DNA of 63,730 nt, filler included, from Sandaracinaceae bacterium (GTDB lineage Bacteria; Myxococcota_A; Polyangia; Polyangiales; JADJQN01): the NCBI GenBank assembly GCA_947483975.1. It is 3 parts of 3 records of this genome, joined end to end, with 100 filler letters (N's around TTAATTAATTAA, not from the genome) between each part and the next. Parts side by side here need not be neighbours in the genome. Positions count along the whole stretch, not along the records: positions 44,175 to 63,730 come from CANKOL010000055.1; 2 more parts are not named here. One strand, 5' to 3'. The notes beneath the pieces were generated by a model. That model saw nothing but the letters and a program-made list of their open reading frames with translations. It was not told where the DNA came from and did no database searches. A program made the position numbers and the translations under genes. Each line of letters opens with the position of its first letter. Within the stretch, counting starts at the first letter, position 1. This document shows positions 46,754 through 58,699 of the stretch, piece after piece.

Positions 46754-47518
46754 ATGACGGGAATCGCACCGACCGGCGACAAGCTGTACGCCGCGCTCGA
46801 GGAGCTGAGACAAACGCCGAACGTCGGCGAGTCTCGGCATCACGGCGCTTGGCGGGCAGTGATGGCGTTCCTGCGGCAGGACGATCCGCGCGGCTCCGAG
46901 GATGCGCGGCAAGAGACGATCATCAACGTCGTCCGCGCCGTGTCTTCGTTCAAGGGACACTCGCCGGGCGAGGCGGTGCGCTGGCTGCGCACCGTCCATC
47001 GCCATCGCACCTGCGACGGCTGGCGCGTCGAAGGGCGGAACCCGCTGCGCGACACGCTCGAGCGGGCGCCGCGAGACTCCGACCACGAGACGCCGCCGCT
47101 CGAGAACGTCCCCGCGCCCGAGCCGACGCACCGGGAGCACGCGGCGGGCGCGCTCGCGCACACGAGCGATCTCGTCTTCGCTCGCCTCGACGCGCAGCTC
47201 GAGAGCGATGGGGTCAGCGCCTCGAAGCGGCTGCTGCGCCGCCTGCAGGCGCGCGCTGCTTGGCTGCGGGTCGTGCACGAAGACGATGCCCCCGCGATCG
47301 AGGTCGCCCTCGCGCCCCACGCGGCGCCATCGCGGGACGCGCTCTACAAGTGGATCGAGCGCGGGCGCGCGGTGCTGCTCGAGGTCGCCGACGCGTGGCT
47401 CGCGGAGCTCGACGGCGACGACTCCGACGCGCGGCTCGTGCCCGAGGTGCTGCGCCAGCTCGTCGAAGTGCGCCGCGCCGACGCCGGCGTCGCGAGACCC
47501 GCGCGGAGAAAACCCTGA
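46754..47518 (+). CDS. Divergent ECF-type sigma factor
   Basis: sigma2-like EDARQETIINVVRAVSSFKG..WLRTVHRHRTCDGWR; sigma4-like AWLRVVHE..SRDALYKWIERGRAVL. Confidence 0.65.
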   Translation: MTGIAPTGDKLYAALEELRQTPNVGESRHHGAWRAVMAFLRQDDPRGSEDARQETIINVVRAVSSFKGHSPGEAVRWLRTVHRHRTCDGWRVEGRNPLRDTLERAPRDSDHETPPLENVPAPEPTHREHAAGALAHTSDLVFARLDAQLESDGVSASKRLLRRLQARAAWLRVVHEDDAPAIEVALAPHAAPSRDALYKWIERGRAVLLEVADAWLAELDGDDSDARLVPEVLRQLVEVRRADAGVARPARRKP

Positions 47519-47599
47519 GCGACGACGCCCGGGCGTCAGTCGGTCACGAAGAAGAGCGTCTGGGCCAATAGCAGCACTGAACAGACGACTACGAGGATC

Positions 47600-48406
47600 A
47601 TGGGACATCGGGAATCAGAGGACAGCGAGCTCGAGGCAGCGTGGCGGCGCGCGGTGCTGTGCGCGACGGCGTACGACGACACCGCGCCGGTCGAGCCTGT
47701 GCTCGAGGCGGCCGCGCTCGGCGTCGTGCTCGAGGTGATGGGGGAACTCAGGCGAGTACCCGAGCACGAGCGTCGAATCGTGCGCGACGCGGCGCGGCGA
47801 GCCCTGCTGCGTGCCCGCCCCACGCAGGACACGGAGACGGCCGAAGGCGAAGACGACGCGCAGGCCCTGCGCCTTGCGGCGAGCCTCGCCCGCGAAGGGC
47901 TCCGCGCGCTCACGGGTGAGCCGGCGACGAGCGCCCGCGCTCCGGCCGACGCCCACACCTGGCACCCGCCGGCGCGCTCGCTCGTGTGGATGATGCGCGG
48001 CGCGCCGGATGCCCTCGCGGCCGCGAGCGTCGCCCTTCATGTGGAGCGCTGCGCGGCGTGCGAGATGGCCGTCCAGATCGCGAGGATGAGCGCAGAGTCG
48101 GCCGTGCCCCTGCGCGTCGCCGCCGCGAGCGCCGCGCCGATGCTCGCGCCGCAAGCAGGCCGCCTCGTCGCGACCCGCGAGGCCCCCGCCGCGGAGGCCA
48201 TCGTCTTCGAGGACGGGCGAGGCACGCTGGTCGCGATCTACACGGCAGAGCCGCTGCCGGTCCGCTACGTCGCGGAGGGCCTGACGACCGAGGATATGCG
48301 GCCGGGCTATTGGGCGGGCCGCTGCGCGCCCGGCGCCGCACGCCTCGAGGGTACGCTGCACGTCGGCGACGCCGCGGTGCTCTGGATGGTCGACCTCCGG
48401 ACCTGA
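47600..48406 (+). CDS. Putative soluble anti-sigma factor with internal HxxxCxxC
   Basis: HVERCAAC motif; directly downstream of the sigma-like gene; no TM helix seen. Confidence 0.5.
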   Translation: MGHRESEDSELEAAWRRAVLCATAYDDTAPVEPVLEAAALGVVLEVMGELRRVPEHERRIVRDAARRALLRARPTQDTETAEGEDDAQALRLAASLAREGLRALTGEPATSARAPADAHTWHPPARSLVWMMRGAPDALAAASVALHVERCAACEMAVQIARMSAESAVPLRVAAASAAPMLAPQAGRLVATREAPAAEAIVFEDGRGTLVAIYTAEPLPVRYVAEGLTTEDMRPGYWAGRCAPGAARLEGTLHVGDAAVLWMVDLRT

Positions 48407-48413
48407 GCGCCCG

Positions 48414-48469
48414 GCCCTCGATTCGCGCCCTCGATTCGCGCCCTCGATTCGCGCCCTCGATTCGCGCCC
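48414..48469. repeat. Four perfect tandem copies of GCCCTCGATTCGC (13 bp)
   Basis: Copies start at 48414, 48427, 48440, 48453, then partial GCCC. Confidence 0.97.
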
Positions 48470-48542
48470 AAGGGCCGCCGAAGACGCTATGCTCCCCGCG
48501 ACTGCCCGCGCCCCCGCGCCGCAGCTTCGTCCGTGGAGGGCT

Positions 48543-49382
48543 GTGCCGCTTCGCTACGACATCGACTCCCTCGACCAGCGCGATCCCGAGCGCGTGGGTC
48601 GCTTCTTCGAGCTCCTCGAGCCCCTGCTCGAGCGCTGGTTTCGCCCGCGCGTGCACGGCCTCGAGCGAATCCCGCAGGGCCCCGCGCTCTACGTCGGTAA
48701 CCACAACGGCGGGCTCTGCAGCGCGGACACCTTCGTGCTCGGCGCGAAGGTCCTGCGCGCGCACGGCATCAGCGCGATGCCGTACGGCCTCGGGCACGAG
48801 GTCGCGATCAGCATCCCCGGCATCAAGCAGCTCCTCGTGCCGCTCGGCGCCGTGCGCGCCAGCCACGAGAACGCCCATCGCCTCTTCGCGCGCGGCGACA
48901 AGGTGCTCGTGTATCCGGGCGGCGATCTCGACTCGATGCGCGCCTATTCGCAGCGCAATCGCATCGTGTTCGGCCCGCGTCGCGGCTACATCCGTCTCGC
49001 GCTCCGCGCCGGCGTCCCGATCGTGCCGATCGTCGCGGCGGGCGCGCACGAGACGTTCCTCGTGCTGCATGACGGGCGCTTCCTCGCCCGCGCGCTGCGC
49101 CTCGATCGCCTGTTTCGACTCGAGGTCTTCCCCGTCACGCTCAGCGTCCCCTGGGGGCTCGTCGTCGGCATCACACCGCCCTACTTCCCGATGCCGACGC
49201 GCATCTTCCTCGAGGTGATGGAGCCCGTCCGCTTCGAGCGCTCGGGCGAAGACGCCGCCAACGACCCAGCGTACGTCGAGGAGTGCCACCTGCGCGTGCA
49301 CTCCGCGATGGAGACCACGCTCACGCGCCTGGCCGCCGACCGGAGCGGCGCCGAGCGCGAGAGCGCCGCAACTCGACGATAG
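48543..49382 (+). CDS. Lysophospholipid/diacylglycerol acyltransferase family protein
   Basis: VGNHNGG..D, VYPGG, GYIRLALRAGVPIVP; GGAGG RBS and GTG. Confidence 0.9.
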   Translation: MPLRYDIDSLDQRDPERVGRFFELLEPLLERWFRPRVHGLERIPQGPALYVGNHNGGLCSADTFVLGAKVLRAHGISAMPYGLGHEVAISIPGIKQLLVPLGAVRASHENAHRLFARGDKVLVYPGGDLDSMRAYSQRNRIVFGPRRGYIRLALRAGVPIVPIVAAGAHETFLVLHDGRFLARALRLDRLFRLEVFPVTLSVPWGLVVGITPPYFPMPTRIFLEVMEPVRFERSGEDAANDPAYVEECHLRVHSAMETTLTRLAADRSGAERESAATRR

Positions 49383-49394
49383 GGGGGATTCAGC

Positions 49395-50162
49395 ATGGGA
49401 TTCGTCAAGACACCAGAGGAACTCGCGAAGTACTACGCAGTCCAGGCGCGCCTGTTTCCAGGCGCGAAGATGCTCGGCGCAGTATTTCAGACCAAACCCG
49501 AGACGGTCGCGCGCCTCTTGCCGCCTCCGCTCGAACCCGGCGATATGCCCAATGGGCTCGTGTTCGTCGCTGAATATCCCGACACGAACCTCGGGCCCGG
49601 ATATCGGGAGTCGGCGCTCTTCCTGAACTGCAAATACCGAGGTGAGGCGGGCACGTACTGCCTCGCGATGCCCATCGACAGCGAGGAAGTCCGCTGCACC
49701 AACGGGCGCGACATCTTCGGCTTTCCGAAGAAGCTCGCGCAGATCTCGCTCGAGCGCACCGGCAGCTCCGTGCGCGCATCGGTCGAACGGCGCGGGGTGC
49801 GCTTCTTGGATCTCGAGGTCGACCTGATGGGCACGATGCCCGCGCTGCCTCCCTCGGGCCCCAACTTCCTGTTCAAGGCGCTCCCCCGCATCGATCTGAC
49901 GCCGGGCTTCGACGGCCGTGTGCTGCTCTGCAAACAGAAGACCGACGTCGACCTCAAGAGCCTCGAGGTCGGCATGGCGAAGCTGCGCTTTCACGAGTCG
50001 CCCCACGACCCCTGGGCGGAGCTCGAGCTCGTCAACGTCGTGATGGGCTTCTATCTCGTCAGCGACAACACCATGCGCCCAGGCGAGGTCGTCGCCGAGG
50101 TCGACGGGAGTGCGTATCTTCCCTACTACTTCAAAGCGCTCGATTTTCCGGTCGGTAAATAG
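49395..50162 (+). CDS. Acetoacetate decarboxylase-like superfamily protein
   Basis: LLPPPLEP, GPGYRES, GRDIFGFPKK (Schiff-base lysine motif). Confidence 0.9.
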   Translation: MGFVKTPEELAKYYAVQARLFPGAKMLGAVFQTKPETVARLLPPPLEPGDMPNGLVFVAEYPDTNLGPGYRESALFLNCKYRGEAGTYCLAMPIDSEEVRCTNGRDIFGFPKKLAQISLERTGSSVRASVERRGVRFLDLEVDLMGTMPALPPSGPNFLFKALPRIDLTPGFDGRVLLCKQKTDVDLKSLEVGMAKLRFHESPHDPWAELELVNVVMGFYLVSDNTMRPGEVVAEVDGSAYLPYYFKALDFPVGK

Positions 50163-50174
50163 GGGGGATTCGTC

Positions 50175-51380
50175 ATGGTCGACTTCTCACTCAACGACAC
50201 CCAGAAGGCCATCGTCGGGCTCGCGCGAACCTTCGGCCGGGACGTCCTCTACAAGGCTGAGATCGCCATCGATCAGATCGGTAACGCCGACGAAGCGGCG
50301 GCCTCCGAGCTCTTCTGGAGCGCGCTCGCTCAAGCGTTCGAGCTCGGCTTCGGCAGGATGGCCATCCCGGAGGCGTTCGGAGGCCTCGGGCTCGACCCGC
50401 AGACCACCGGAATGGTCTGGGAAGAGCTCGCGCGCTGGGGCCCCGGCTTCGCCGCGACGCTGATGCCGGGCGCGGTCGTACCGCAGCTCGTCGCGCTCCT
50501 CGCGGGCGGCAACAAGCACCTCGTCGACCGCTTCGTCCGACCGTACACCGAGGACACGAGCGGCAAGCTGATCAGCGCGTGGTGCAGCAGCGAGCCCGAG
50601 GTCGGCTCCGACGGCAGCAACTACGACGCTCGCGAGATCCATCACCACACGATGGCCGAGAAGAAGGGCGACTCCTATCTACTCAGCGGCGCGAAGTCCG
50701 ACTTCGTCTCGAACGGTGGGATCGCGAATGCCTACATCATCTTCGCGTGTGTCGACCCGGAGCTGGGGATCAAGGGCTCTGGCACGTTCATCGTCCCGGC
50801 CGACAGCAAGGGGATCAAGAAGGGGCGCGCGCTCGACAAGACCGGACTGCGCGTGCTGAACCAGGCCCCAGTGTTCCTCGAGGAGGTCGAGGTCCCCGCG
50901 TCTCACCTGCTCTTCCCGCACGGCCCCGGCTATCCGATGCTCCACAACTCCATCATCACGGTGGGGAACCTCGCCGTCGGCTACCTCGCCGTCGGGCTGA
51001 TGCGCGCGGCGTACGAGCACGCGCTCCACCACTCCAAGAGCCGCGTGCAGTGGGGGCGCCCGATCCTCGAGCACCAGCACGTGGCGAAGAAGTTGTTCGA
51101 GTGCCACCTCGCGATCGAGGCCGCGCGCGCGTATCTGTGGAAGGGAAGCTGGCTCAGCGCCCGCAATTTCCCAGGCGATCTCAAGACCAGCCTGGGCGCC
51201 AAGATCTTCGCCACCGAGATGGCCGTCAAGCACACCGCCGAGATGGTGCAGGTGCTCGGCGGCTACGGCATCTCGAGAGAGTATCCCGTCGAGAAATACG
51301 CCCGCGACGCGCTGCTGCTCCGTATCATGGACGGCACGAACGAGACCCTGATGAACAAGGCCGCCAAGCACCTCGAGTAG
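50175..51380 (+). CDS. Acyl-CoA dehydrogenase
   Basis: SEPEVGSD, DKTGLR, RVQWGRP, VQVLGGYG, YARDA..IMDGTNE. Confidence 0.93.
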   Translation: MVDFSLNDTQKAIVGLARTFGRDVLYKAEIAIDQIGNADEAAASELFWSALAQAFELGFGRMAIPEAFGGLGLDPQTTGMVWEELARWGPGFAATLMPGAVVPQLVALLAGGNKHLVDRFVRPYTEDTSGKLISAWCSSEPEVGSDGSNYDAREIHHHTMAEKKGDSYLLSGAKSDFVSNGGIANAYIIFACVDPELGIKGSGTFIVPADSKGIKKGRALDKTGLRVLNQAPVFLEEVEVPASHLLFPHGPGYPMLHNSIITVGNLAVGYLAVGLMRAAYEHALHHSKSRVQWGRPILEHQHVAKKLFECHLAIEAARAYLWKGSWLSARNFPGDLKTSLGAKIFATEMAVKHTAEMVQVLGGYGISREYPVEKYARDALLLRIMDGTNETLMNKAAKHLE

Positions 51381-51386
51381 CCCGAC

Positions 51387-52681
<1,295 letters not shown>

Positions 52682-52685
<4 letters not shown>

Positions 52686-53212
52686 CCACGACCGAACTCC
52701 CCCTCCTCCCGCTCTCCCTCATCGTCAACGGAGACGCCGTCCGCAAGGCCGTCCCCGCGAGTCGCACCCTGCTCGAATTCCTGCGCTACGACCTCGGGCT
52801 CACAGGCTCGAAGCAGGGCTGCGACAAGGGCGACTGCGGCGCGTGCACGGTCCTCGTGGACGGCAAGCCCGTGCTCTCCTGCCTGATGCTCGCGATCGAC
52901 GCCGACGGCGCGAAGGTCGAGACCGTCGAATCCCTCGCGCACGGCAGCACGCTCCACCCCCTGCAGACCGCGTTCGTCGAACACGGCGCGGCGCAGTGTG
53001 GTTTTTGCACGCCGGGCATGCTGATGAGCGCAAAGGCGCTGCTCAACGACTCCCCTGCACCGTCCCGCGACGAGGTGCGACACGCGCTCTCCGGCAACCT
53101 CTGCCGGTGCACGGGCTACACGAAGATCCTCGACGCCGTCGAATCCGCTGCCAAGGCGCTCGCCAGCAGCGGTGCGGCGGTCGACTCCCACAGCCAGGGA
53201 GAGAAGGCGTGA
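52682..53212 (+). CDS. 2x[2Fe-2S] small subunit of a xanthine dehydrogenase family enzyme (HcrC/CoxS-like)
   Basis: [30 protein letters not shown]. Confidence 0.96.
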
Positions 53213-55593
53213 GCCATCACGACTCCCCTACTCCCGGCGCGCCGGGCAGCGCCTCCGCCGCGGGTGACTCCGCTGCCATGGACGACTCCCCCGCTCCCGA
53301 CGGCCCGCGGACCTTCTCGCGCATCGGCCAGCGCTCGCCAAACATCCGCTCTTTCGACGCGGTCACTGGGCGCACGCGCTACACCGACGACCTCAGCTTC
53401 CCCGGGATGCTGCACGCCAAGCTCCTGCGCAGCCCGCACGCGCACGCGCGCATCGTGTCCATCGACGCGACTGACGCCCTCGCGATGCCCGGCGTGCACG
53501 CGGTCATCACGGGGAAGGATATGCCGGTCCGCTACGGCGTCATCCCGTGGACGCAGGACGAATATCCGCTCGCGCTCGACAAGGCGCTGTTCGTCGGCGA
53601 CCCCGTCGCGTGCGTCGCCGCGGTCGACGAGGCGATCGCGACGCGCGCCGCGGCGGCGATTCGCGTCGTCTACGAGGTGCTGCCGCACATCACCGAACCG
53701 GAAGCTGCCCTCGAACCCGGCGCGCCCAAGCTCCACGAGAGCAACAAACACGGCAACATCACGAAGTCCGTTCAGCTCACCTTCGGCGATCTCGACGCGC
53801 AGATGGCGGCGAGCGATGCCGTCGCGGAGGGGCACTACTTCTTCGAGGGAATGACGCACGGCGCGCTCGAACCGCACTGCGCGATTGGCCTCTGGGAGCC
53901 GCACGGCGTCCTCACCGTCTGGAGCGCGACGCAGGTCGCGCACTACCTCCATCGCGAGCTTTCGCGCGTCCTCGACCTGCCCTACGACCGCGTGCGCGTG
54001 ATTCAGCCGCCCGTCGGCGGCGCGTTCGGCGCCAAGAGCGAACCCTTCGCGCTCGAGTTCTGCGTCGGCAAGCTCGCGATGCTCACCGGGCGCCCGGTCA
54101 AGCTGCTCTACACGCGCGAGGAGGTCTTCTACGCGCACCGCGGCCGGCACCCGATGAAGATGCACTTCCGCGTCGGCGCGAAGGCGGACGGCACGCTCAC
54201 CGGCTGTGACGCCAAGACGCTGATCGACGGCGGCGCGTATGCCTCGTTCGGGCTCGTGACCACCTATTATTCTGGCCAGCTGGTCACCGCGCCGCTGCGC
54301 CTCGGCGCGTATCGACTCGACTCGACTCGCGTCTACACCAACAAGCCTGCCTGTGGACCCAAGCGCGGACACGGCAGCGTGCAGCCGCGCTTCGCCTTCG
54401 AGGTCACCCTCGACAAGCTCGCAGAGAAGCTCGGGCTCGACCCCATCGAGCTTCGACGCCGCAACGTCCTCGACGTCGGCGAGCGGACCATCAACGAATT
54501 CCTGATCAAGTCGATCGGCTTCCGCGAGTGCCTCGATCGCGTCGAGGCGGCGAGCGGCTGGAAGCAGAAGCACGGCAAGCTCCCGCTCGGGCGCGGCGTC
54601 GGCGTCGCCGGCTCGTTCTACATCAGCGGCACCAACTACCCCATTTATCCCAACGAAATGCCGCAGAGCGCCGTGCAGATCAAGGTCGATCGCTCGGGGC
54701 GAGTGACGGTGTTCTCGGGGCTCAGCGAGATGGGTCAGGGCGCCGACACGATGCTCGCGATGATCACCTCGGAGGAGCTCGGCGTCGATCTCGCGGCGAT
54801 TCGCGTGCTCAGCGGCGACACCGACCTCTCACCCGTCGATCTCGGCGGCTACTCCAGCCGCACCACGATGATGGCCGGCAATGCGTGTTTGCACGCCGCG
54901 CGGCAGCTCTCGACCAGCATCCGGGCCGTCGTCGCCGAGAAGTGGGCGTGTGCGCCGAAACACGTCGCCCTCGCCGGCGGCTACGCGACGGAGCGCCAAG
55001 ACACCAGCCGACGCATGTCGCTCGGGGAGGCCTTCCGGCTCGCGGAAGCCAAGCTCGGCGCGCTCGGCGCGATGGGCTCGTACAACACGCCGAAGGACGT
55101 GCACGGCGACTATCGCGGCGGCACCATCGGCGCGTCTCCTGCCTATTCGTTCACCGCGCACATCGCAGAGGTGACAGTCGACCTCGAGACGGGCGTGCCG
55201 CGCGTCGAGACCATCTGGGCCGCGCACGACGCGGGCAAACCGCTCAATCCGATGATCGTCGAAGGACAGATGGAAGGCAGCGCGTACATGGGCTTCGCCG
55301 AGGCGATCCTCGAGGAGCATGTGATTCGGCCCGACGGCCTACACCGCGGGCCGTCGCTGCTCGACTATCGAATGCCCACCTCACTCGACACTCCAGACCT
55401 CTACTCGATGCTCGTCGAGACCGCTGACCCGGAAGGCCCGTTCGGCGCCAAGGAGGCGGGCGAAGGCCCGCTGCACTCGTCCATTCCCGCCATCGCCAAC
55501 GCGATCTACGACGCCGTCGGCGTGCGCATCGACGCGCTCCCGTTCAGCCCTGACAAGATCCTGCGCGCCCTGCGCGCGAAAGGAGCCGCGTAG
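53209..55593 (+). CDS. Molybdopterin-binding large subunit, 4-hydroxybenzoyl-CoA reductase alpha (HcrA)-like
   Basis: [46 protein letters not shown]. Confidence 0.85.
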   Translation: MSHHDSPTPGAPGSASAAGDSAAMDDSPAPDGPRTFSRIGQRSPNIRSFDAVTGRTRYTDDLSFPGMLHAKLLRSPHAHARIVSIDATDALAMPGVHAVITGKDMPVRYGVIPWTQDEYPLALDKALFVGDPVACVAAVDEAIATRAAAAIRVVYEVLPHITEPEAALEPGAPKLHESNKHGNITKSVQLTFGDLDAQMAASDAVAEGHYFFEGMTHGALEPHCAIGLWEPHGVLTVWSATQVAHYLHRELSRVLDLPYDRVRVIQPPVGGAFGAKSEPFALEFCVGKLAMLTGRPVKLLYTREEVFYAHRGRHPMKMHFRVGAKADGTLTGCDAKTLIDGGAYASFGLVTTYYSGQLVTAPLRLGAYRLDSTRVYTNKPACGPKRGHGSVQPRFAFEVTLDKLAEKLGLDPIELRRRNVLDVGERTINEFLIKSIGFRECLDRVEAASGWKQKHGKLPLGRGVGVAGSFYISGTNYPIYPNEMPQSAVQIKVDRSGRVTVFSGLSEMGQGADTMLAMITSEELGVDLAAIRVLSGDTDLSPVDLGGYSSRTTMMAGNACLHAARQLSTSIRAVVAEKWACAPKHVALAGGYATERQDTSRRMSLGEAFRLAEAKLGALGAMGSYNTPKDVHGDYRGGTIGASPAYSFTAHIAEVTVDLETGVPRVETIWAAHDAGKPLNPMIVEGQMEGSAYMGFAEAILEEHVIRPDGLHRGPSLLDYRMPTSLDTPDLYSMLVETADPEGPFGAKEAGEGPLHSSIPAIANAIYDAVGVRIDALPFSPDKILRALRAKGAA

Positions 55594-56585
55594 TGCTTCC
55601 TCTACCCGACTTCGAGTGGCTCGCCCCGACGACCCTCGCCGACCTCGTGCGCGCGCTCGGCGAGCACCCGACTGACACTCTGCTCCTCGCGGGCGGAACC
55701 GACCTACTCCCCAACTTGAAGCACGGCTTGCACGCGCCGAAGCGCGTCATCGGTCTCCGCCGCGTCCGCGAGCTTTCGCTGATCGAGGAGTCCGCCGACG
55801 GCGGGCTCACGCTCGGCTCCGGCGTGACGCTCGACACCCTCGCCAACGACGCGCGCATCCTCGCGCGCTATCCCGCCCTCGCCCGCGCGGCGAGCCTCGT
55901 CGCGAGCCCACAATTGCGCCGCATGGGCACGCTCGGCGGCAACCTCTGCCTCGACACCCGCTGCGCGTACATCAACCAAACCGCCTTCTGGCGCGGCGCG
56001 CTCGGCGGCTGCCTCAAGCGCGACGGCGACGTCTGTCACGTCGTCCCGCAGGGCAAGCGCTGCGTCGCGGCGTTCTCCGCCGACACCCCCGCACCGCTGA
56101 TCACCTACGACGCGACGGTCGAGCTAGTGTCCGTACGCGGCGCTCGCACGCTCCCCGTCGCCAAGCTCTTCGGCGGCGACGGCGTGAAGAACCACGTGCG
56201 CGAGGCGGACGAGGTGCTCACCCGCGTCACCCTCCCCGCGCCCGCGCGGGGCCTGCGCAGCGCGTACGAGAAGCTGCGCGCCCGCCAAGCGATCGACTTC
56301 CCGCTCCTCTCCATCGCCGCCGCGCTCACCGTCGGCGACGATGAGGTAGTCACCGATATACGCCTCGTCGTCGGCGCGCTCGGCGCTCTCCCACGGGTCG
56401 TCCGCAAGCTCGAAGCGCACGTCGGAAAGCCGGTGTCACCCGAGCTGTTCGACGAGCTCGCGCGCGCGGCGCACACCCAATGTCACCCGCTCTCGAGCCT
56501 CGGCGCCGAGGCGTGGAGACAAGACGTCGTCGCCCCGATGGTGAAGCGCACCCTCGCCGCGCTGCGCGCCTCCACGCGCGAATAG
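55593..56585 (+). CDS. FAD subunit with Cys-rich [4Fe-4S] insert, HcrB-like
   Basis: AGGTDLLPNLK, TLGGNLCLDTRCAYINQTAFWRGALGGCLKRDGDVCHVVPQGKRC, LRARQAIDFP. Confidence 0.88.
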   Translation: MLPLPDFEWLAPTTLADLVRALGEHPTDTLLLAGGTDLLPNLKHGLHAPKRVIGLRRVRELSLIEESADGGLTLGSGVTLDTLANDARILARYPALARAASLVASPQLRRMGTLGGNLCLDTRCAYINQTAFWRGALGGCLKRDGDVCHVVPQGKRCVAAFSADTPAPLITYDATVELVSVRGARTLPVAKLFGGDGVKNHVREADEVLTRVTLPAPARGLRSAYEKLRARQAIDFPLLSIAAALTVGDDEVVTDIRLVVGALGALPRVVRKLEAHVGKPVSPELFDELARAAHTQCHPLSSLGAEAWRQDVVAPMVKRTLAALRASTRE

Positions 56586-56636
56586 CCCCCAACAGGCCCG
56601 TATTCACCTGCGTCCGACTCGCCCCGAGACTCCCCA

Positions 56637-57251
56637 GTGTCGACTCAGCTGAGCGCGCAGGTCTCTGACGTGGGAGTCCTCGTGCTCGCCGCGGGGGAGG
56701 GTCGGCGCCTCGGACTCGGCCCCAAAGCGCACGTCCGCCTGGGCGAGGAGACCTTCCTCGAGCGCGTCGTCTGCACCTCGCGCGAGGCGGGACTGGACCG
56801 GATTTGGGCAGTCGGGAGCCCCACCGACTCCCTCCTCCCCGCCGCGTGCGCTGGCCTGCGGATCCACTACGTCCTCAACCCGACCCCCGCGCTCGGCATG
56901 TCGTCGAGCATCCACACGGGCCTCGCTGCGGCGCTGGCCGAGAGGCGACGCGCACTCCTCATCTTCCCAGTCGATGTGCCGCTCGTCCGCGCGAGCACCC
57001 TCGTCGCACTCCTCGCCGCCGAACACGCCGACTCCTGCGCTCGCCCGCTGCACGACGGCCACCACGGCCACCCCATCCTGCTCGGCGCAGCCCTCGCAGC
57101 CCGCGTGCTCGCCCTCGGCCCCGACACCCCGCTGCGCGACGCCCTCGCGTCCCTGCGCGCGACCCTCATCGACGTACCCGTCGACGACGCCGCGACGCTG
57201 CAGAACGTGAATACGCCTGAAGATCTGGCCACAGCGCGCAGCACCTGCTGA
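56637..57251 (+). CDS. mocA: MocA-like molybdenum cofactor cytidylyltransferase
   Basis: VLAAGEGRRLG..K, GMSSSI, PVDVP, GHPILL, NVNTPEDL; adjacent to a Mo hydroxylase. Confidence 0.8.
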   Translation: MSTQLSAQVSDVGVLVLAAGEGRRLGLGPKAHVRLGEETFLERVVCTSREAGLDRIWAVGSPTDSLLPAACAGLRIHYVLNPTPALGMSSSIHTGLAAALAERRRALLIFPVDVPLVRASTLVALLAAEHADSCARPLHDGHHGHPILLGAALAARVLALGPDTPLRDALASLRATLIDVPVDDAATLQNVNTPEDLATARSTC

Positions 57252-57271
57252 CGGGCTATGCTGCCCCGCAA

Positions 57272-58669
57272 ATGAACACCGACTTCCGCTCGCTGCCTCT
57301 GTCTCCCGCGCTGTTGGAGGTAGTCACAGAGCTTGGCTATGAGTCGATGACCGACGTGCAGGCGCGGAGTATTCCCGTCTTGCTCGCGGGGCAGGATCTC
57401 GTCGCTCAATCCCGCACCGGCAGCGGCAAGACGGCCGCGTTCGCGCTGCCGATTCTGCACACGCTCGACCTCTCGCTGCGCGCGCCGAGCGCGCTCGTGC
57501 TGTGCCCGACGCGGGAGTTGAGCGCGCAGGTCGCGCGGGAGTTTCGCAAGCTCGGGAGGCGACACAAGGGCCTGCGCGTGCTCGTCCTCGCGGGCGGCGA
57601 GGCGCGACGCCTGCAAGAGAGCGCGCTCTCGGAGGGCGCGCACGTGCTCGTCGGGACTCCCGGGCGCCTGCGTGATCACCTCGCGCGCGGCTCACTCGAC
57701 CTCGCGCGCCTGCGGACTGTCGTGCTCGACGAGGCCGACCGAATGCTCGAGATGGGCTTCGAAGAGGATATGTCGGTGATCCTCTCGGCGCTGCCGAAGA
57801 CGCGCCAGGTCGCGTTCTTCTCCGCGACGTTCCCCGAGTCCATCGAGAGCATGAGCGCCAAGTATCAGCGCAAGCCCGTGCGCGTCACGGTCGCGGTCGA
57901 AGACGCTGAGCGCGCCGAGATTCGGCACCTCGCGACGATGGTCGAGCCCGAGTTGCGCCTCGAGGCGCTGCGGTGGGCGCTCGAGGCTCACCCGCACGAG
58001 TCCGCGCTCGTGTTCGCCAACTTCAAGGCGAGCGTCGCCAAGATCGCGACGAACCTCGCGAGCCTCGGGCTCAGCGTCGACTGCCTGCACGGCGATCTCG
58101 AGCAATTCGACCGCGACCGCGTGCTCGCGAAGTTCCGCAATCGGAGCACCCGAGTCCTCATCGCGACCGACGTCGCGGCGCGCGGGCTCGACGTCGAGGG
58201 GCTCGATCTGATCGTCAACTACGAGCTGCCGACGCAGCCGGAGATCTACATCCATCGAGTCGGGCGCACCGGGCGCGCGGGCAAGACGGGAGTCGCGCTC
58301 TCGCTCGTCACTCCGCAGGAGAAGGAGCGACTCGCGCACATCGAGGAGCTCGTCGGGCGCCCGCTCGAGCGCGTCAAGCGCGCTCGCGACGCGGCGACTC
58401 AAAAGCTGGATATCGACGCTCCGCGGGACGCGCGCATGGACACGCTGCGGATCTTCGGCGGGCGCAAACAGAAGCTGCGCCCCGGGGACATCCTCGGCGC
58501 GCTGACCGGCGAGGCGGGCGGGCTGCTCGGCGCCGACATCGGCAAGATCGAGACGCACGACGACTTCACCTACGTCGCCGTGTCGCGCACCGTCAGCCGC
58601 GCAGCCCTCCAGAGCCTCACGGACGGGCGCATCAAGGGACGTAGATTCCGCGTCACGCTCGAGAGGTAA
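57272..58669 (+). CDS. dbpA: ATP-dependent RNA helicase DbpA
   Basis: TGSGKT, PTREL, DEAD, SAT, HRVGRTGR, C-terminal KLRPGDILGALT. Confidence 0.95.
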   Translation: MNTDFRSLPLSPALLEVVTELGYESMTDVQARSIPVLLAGQDLVAQSRTGSGKTAAFALPILHTLDLSLRAPSALVLCPTRELSAQVAREFRKLGRRHKGLRVLVLAGGEARRLQESALSEGAHVLVGTPGRLRDHLARGSLDLARLRTVVLDEADRMLEMGFEEDMSVILSALPKTRQVAFFSATFPESIESMSAKYQRKPVRVTVAVEDAERAEIRHLATMVEPELRLEALRWALEAHPHESALVFANFKASVAKIATNLASLGLSVDCLHGDLEQFDRDRVLAKFRNRSTRVLIATDVAARGLDVEGLDLIVNYELPTQPEIYIHRVGRTGRAGKTGVALSLVTPQEKERLAHIEELVGRPLERVKRARDAATQKLDIDAPRDARMDTLRIFGGRKQKLRPGDILGALTGEAGGLLGADIGKIETHDDFTYVAVSRTVSRAALQSLTDGRIKGRRFRVTLER

Positions 58670-58699
58670 CGGCGAGTCGCCGGACTTTGCGCCACGCGG

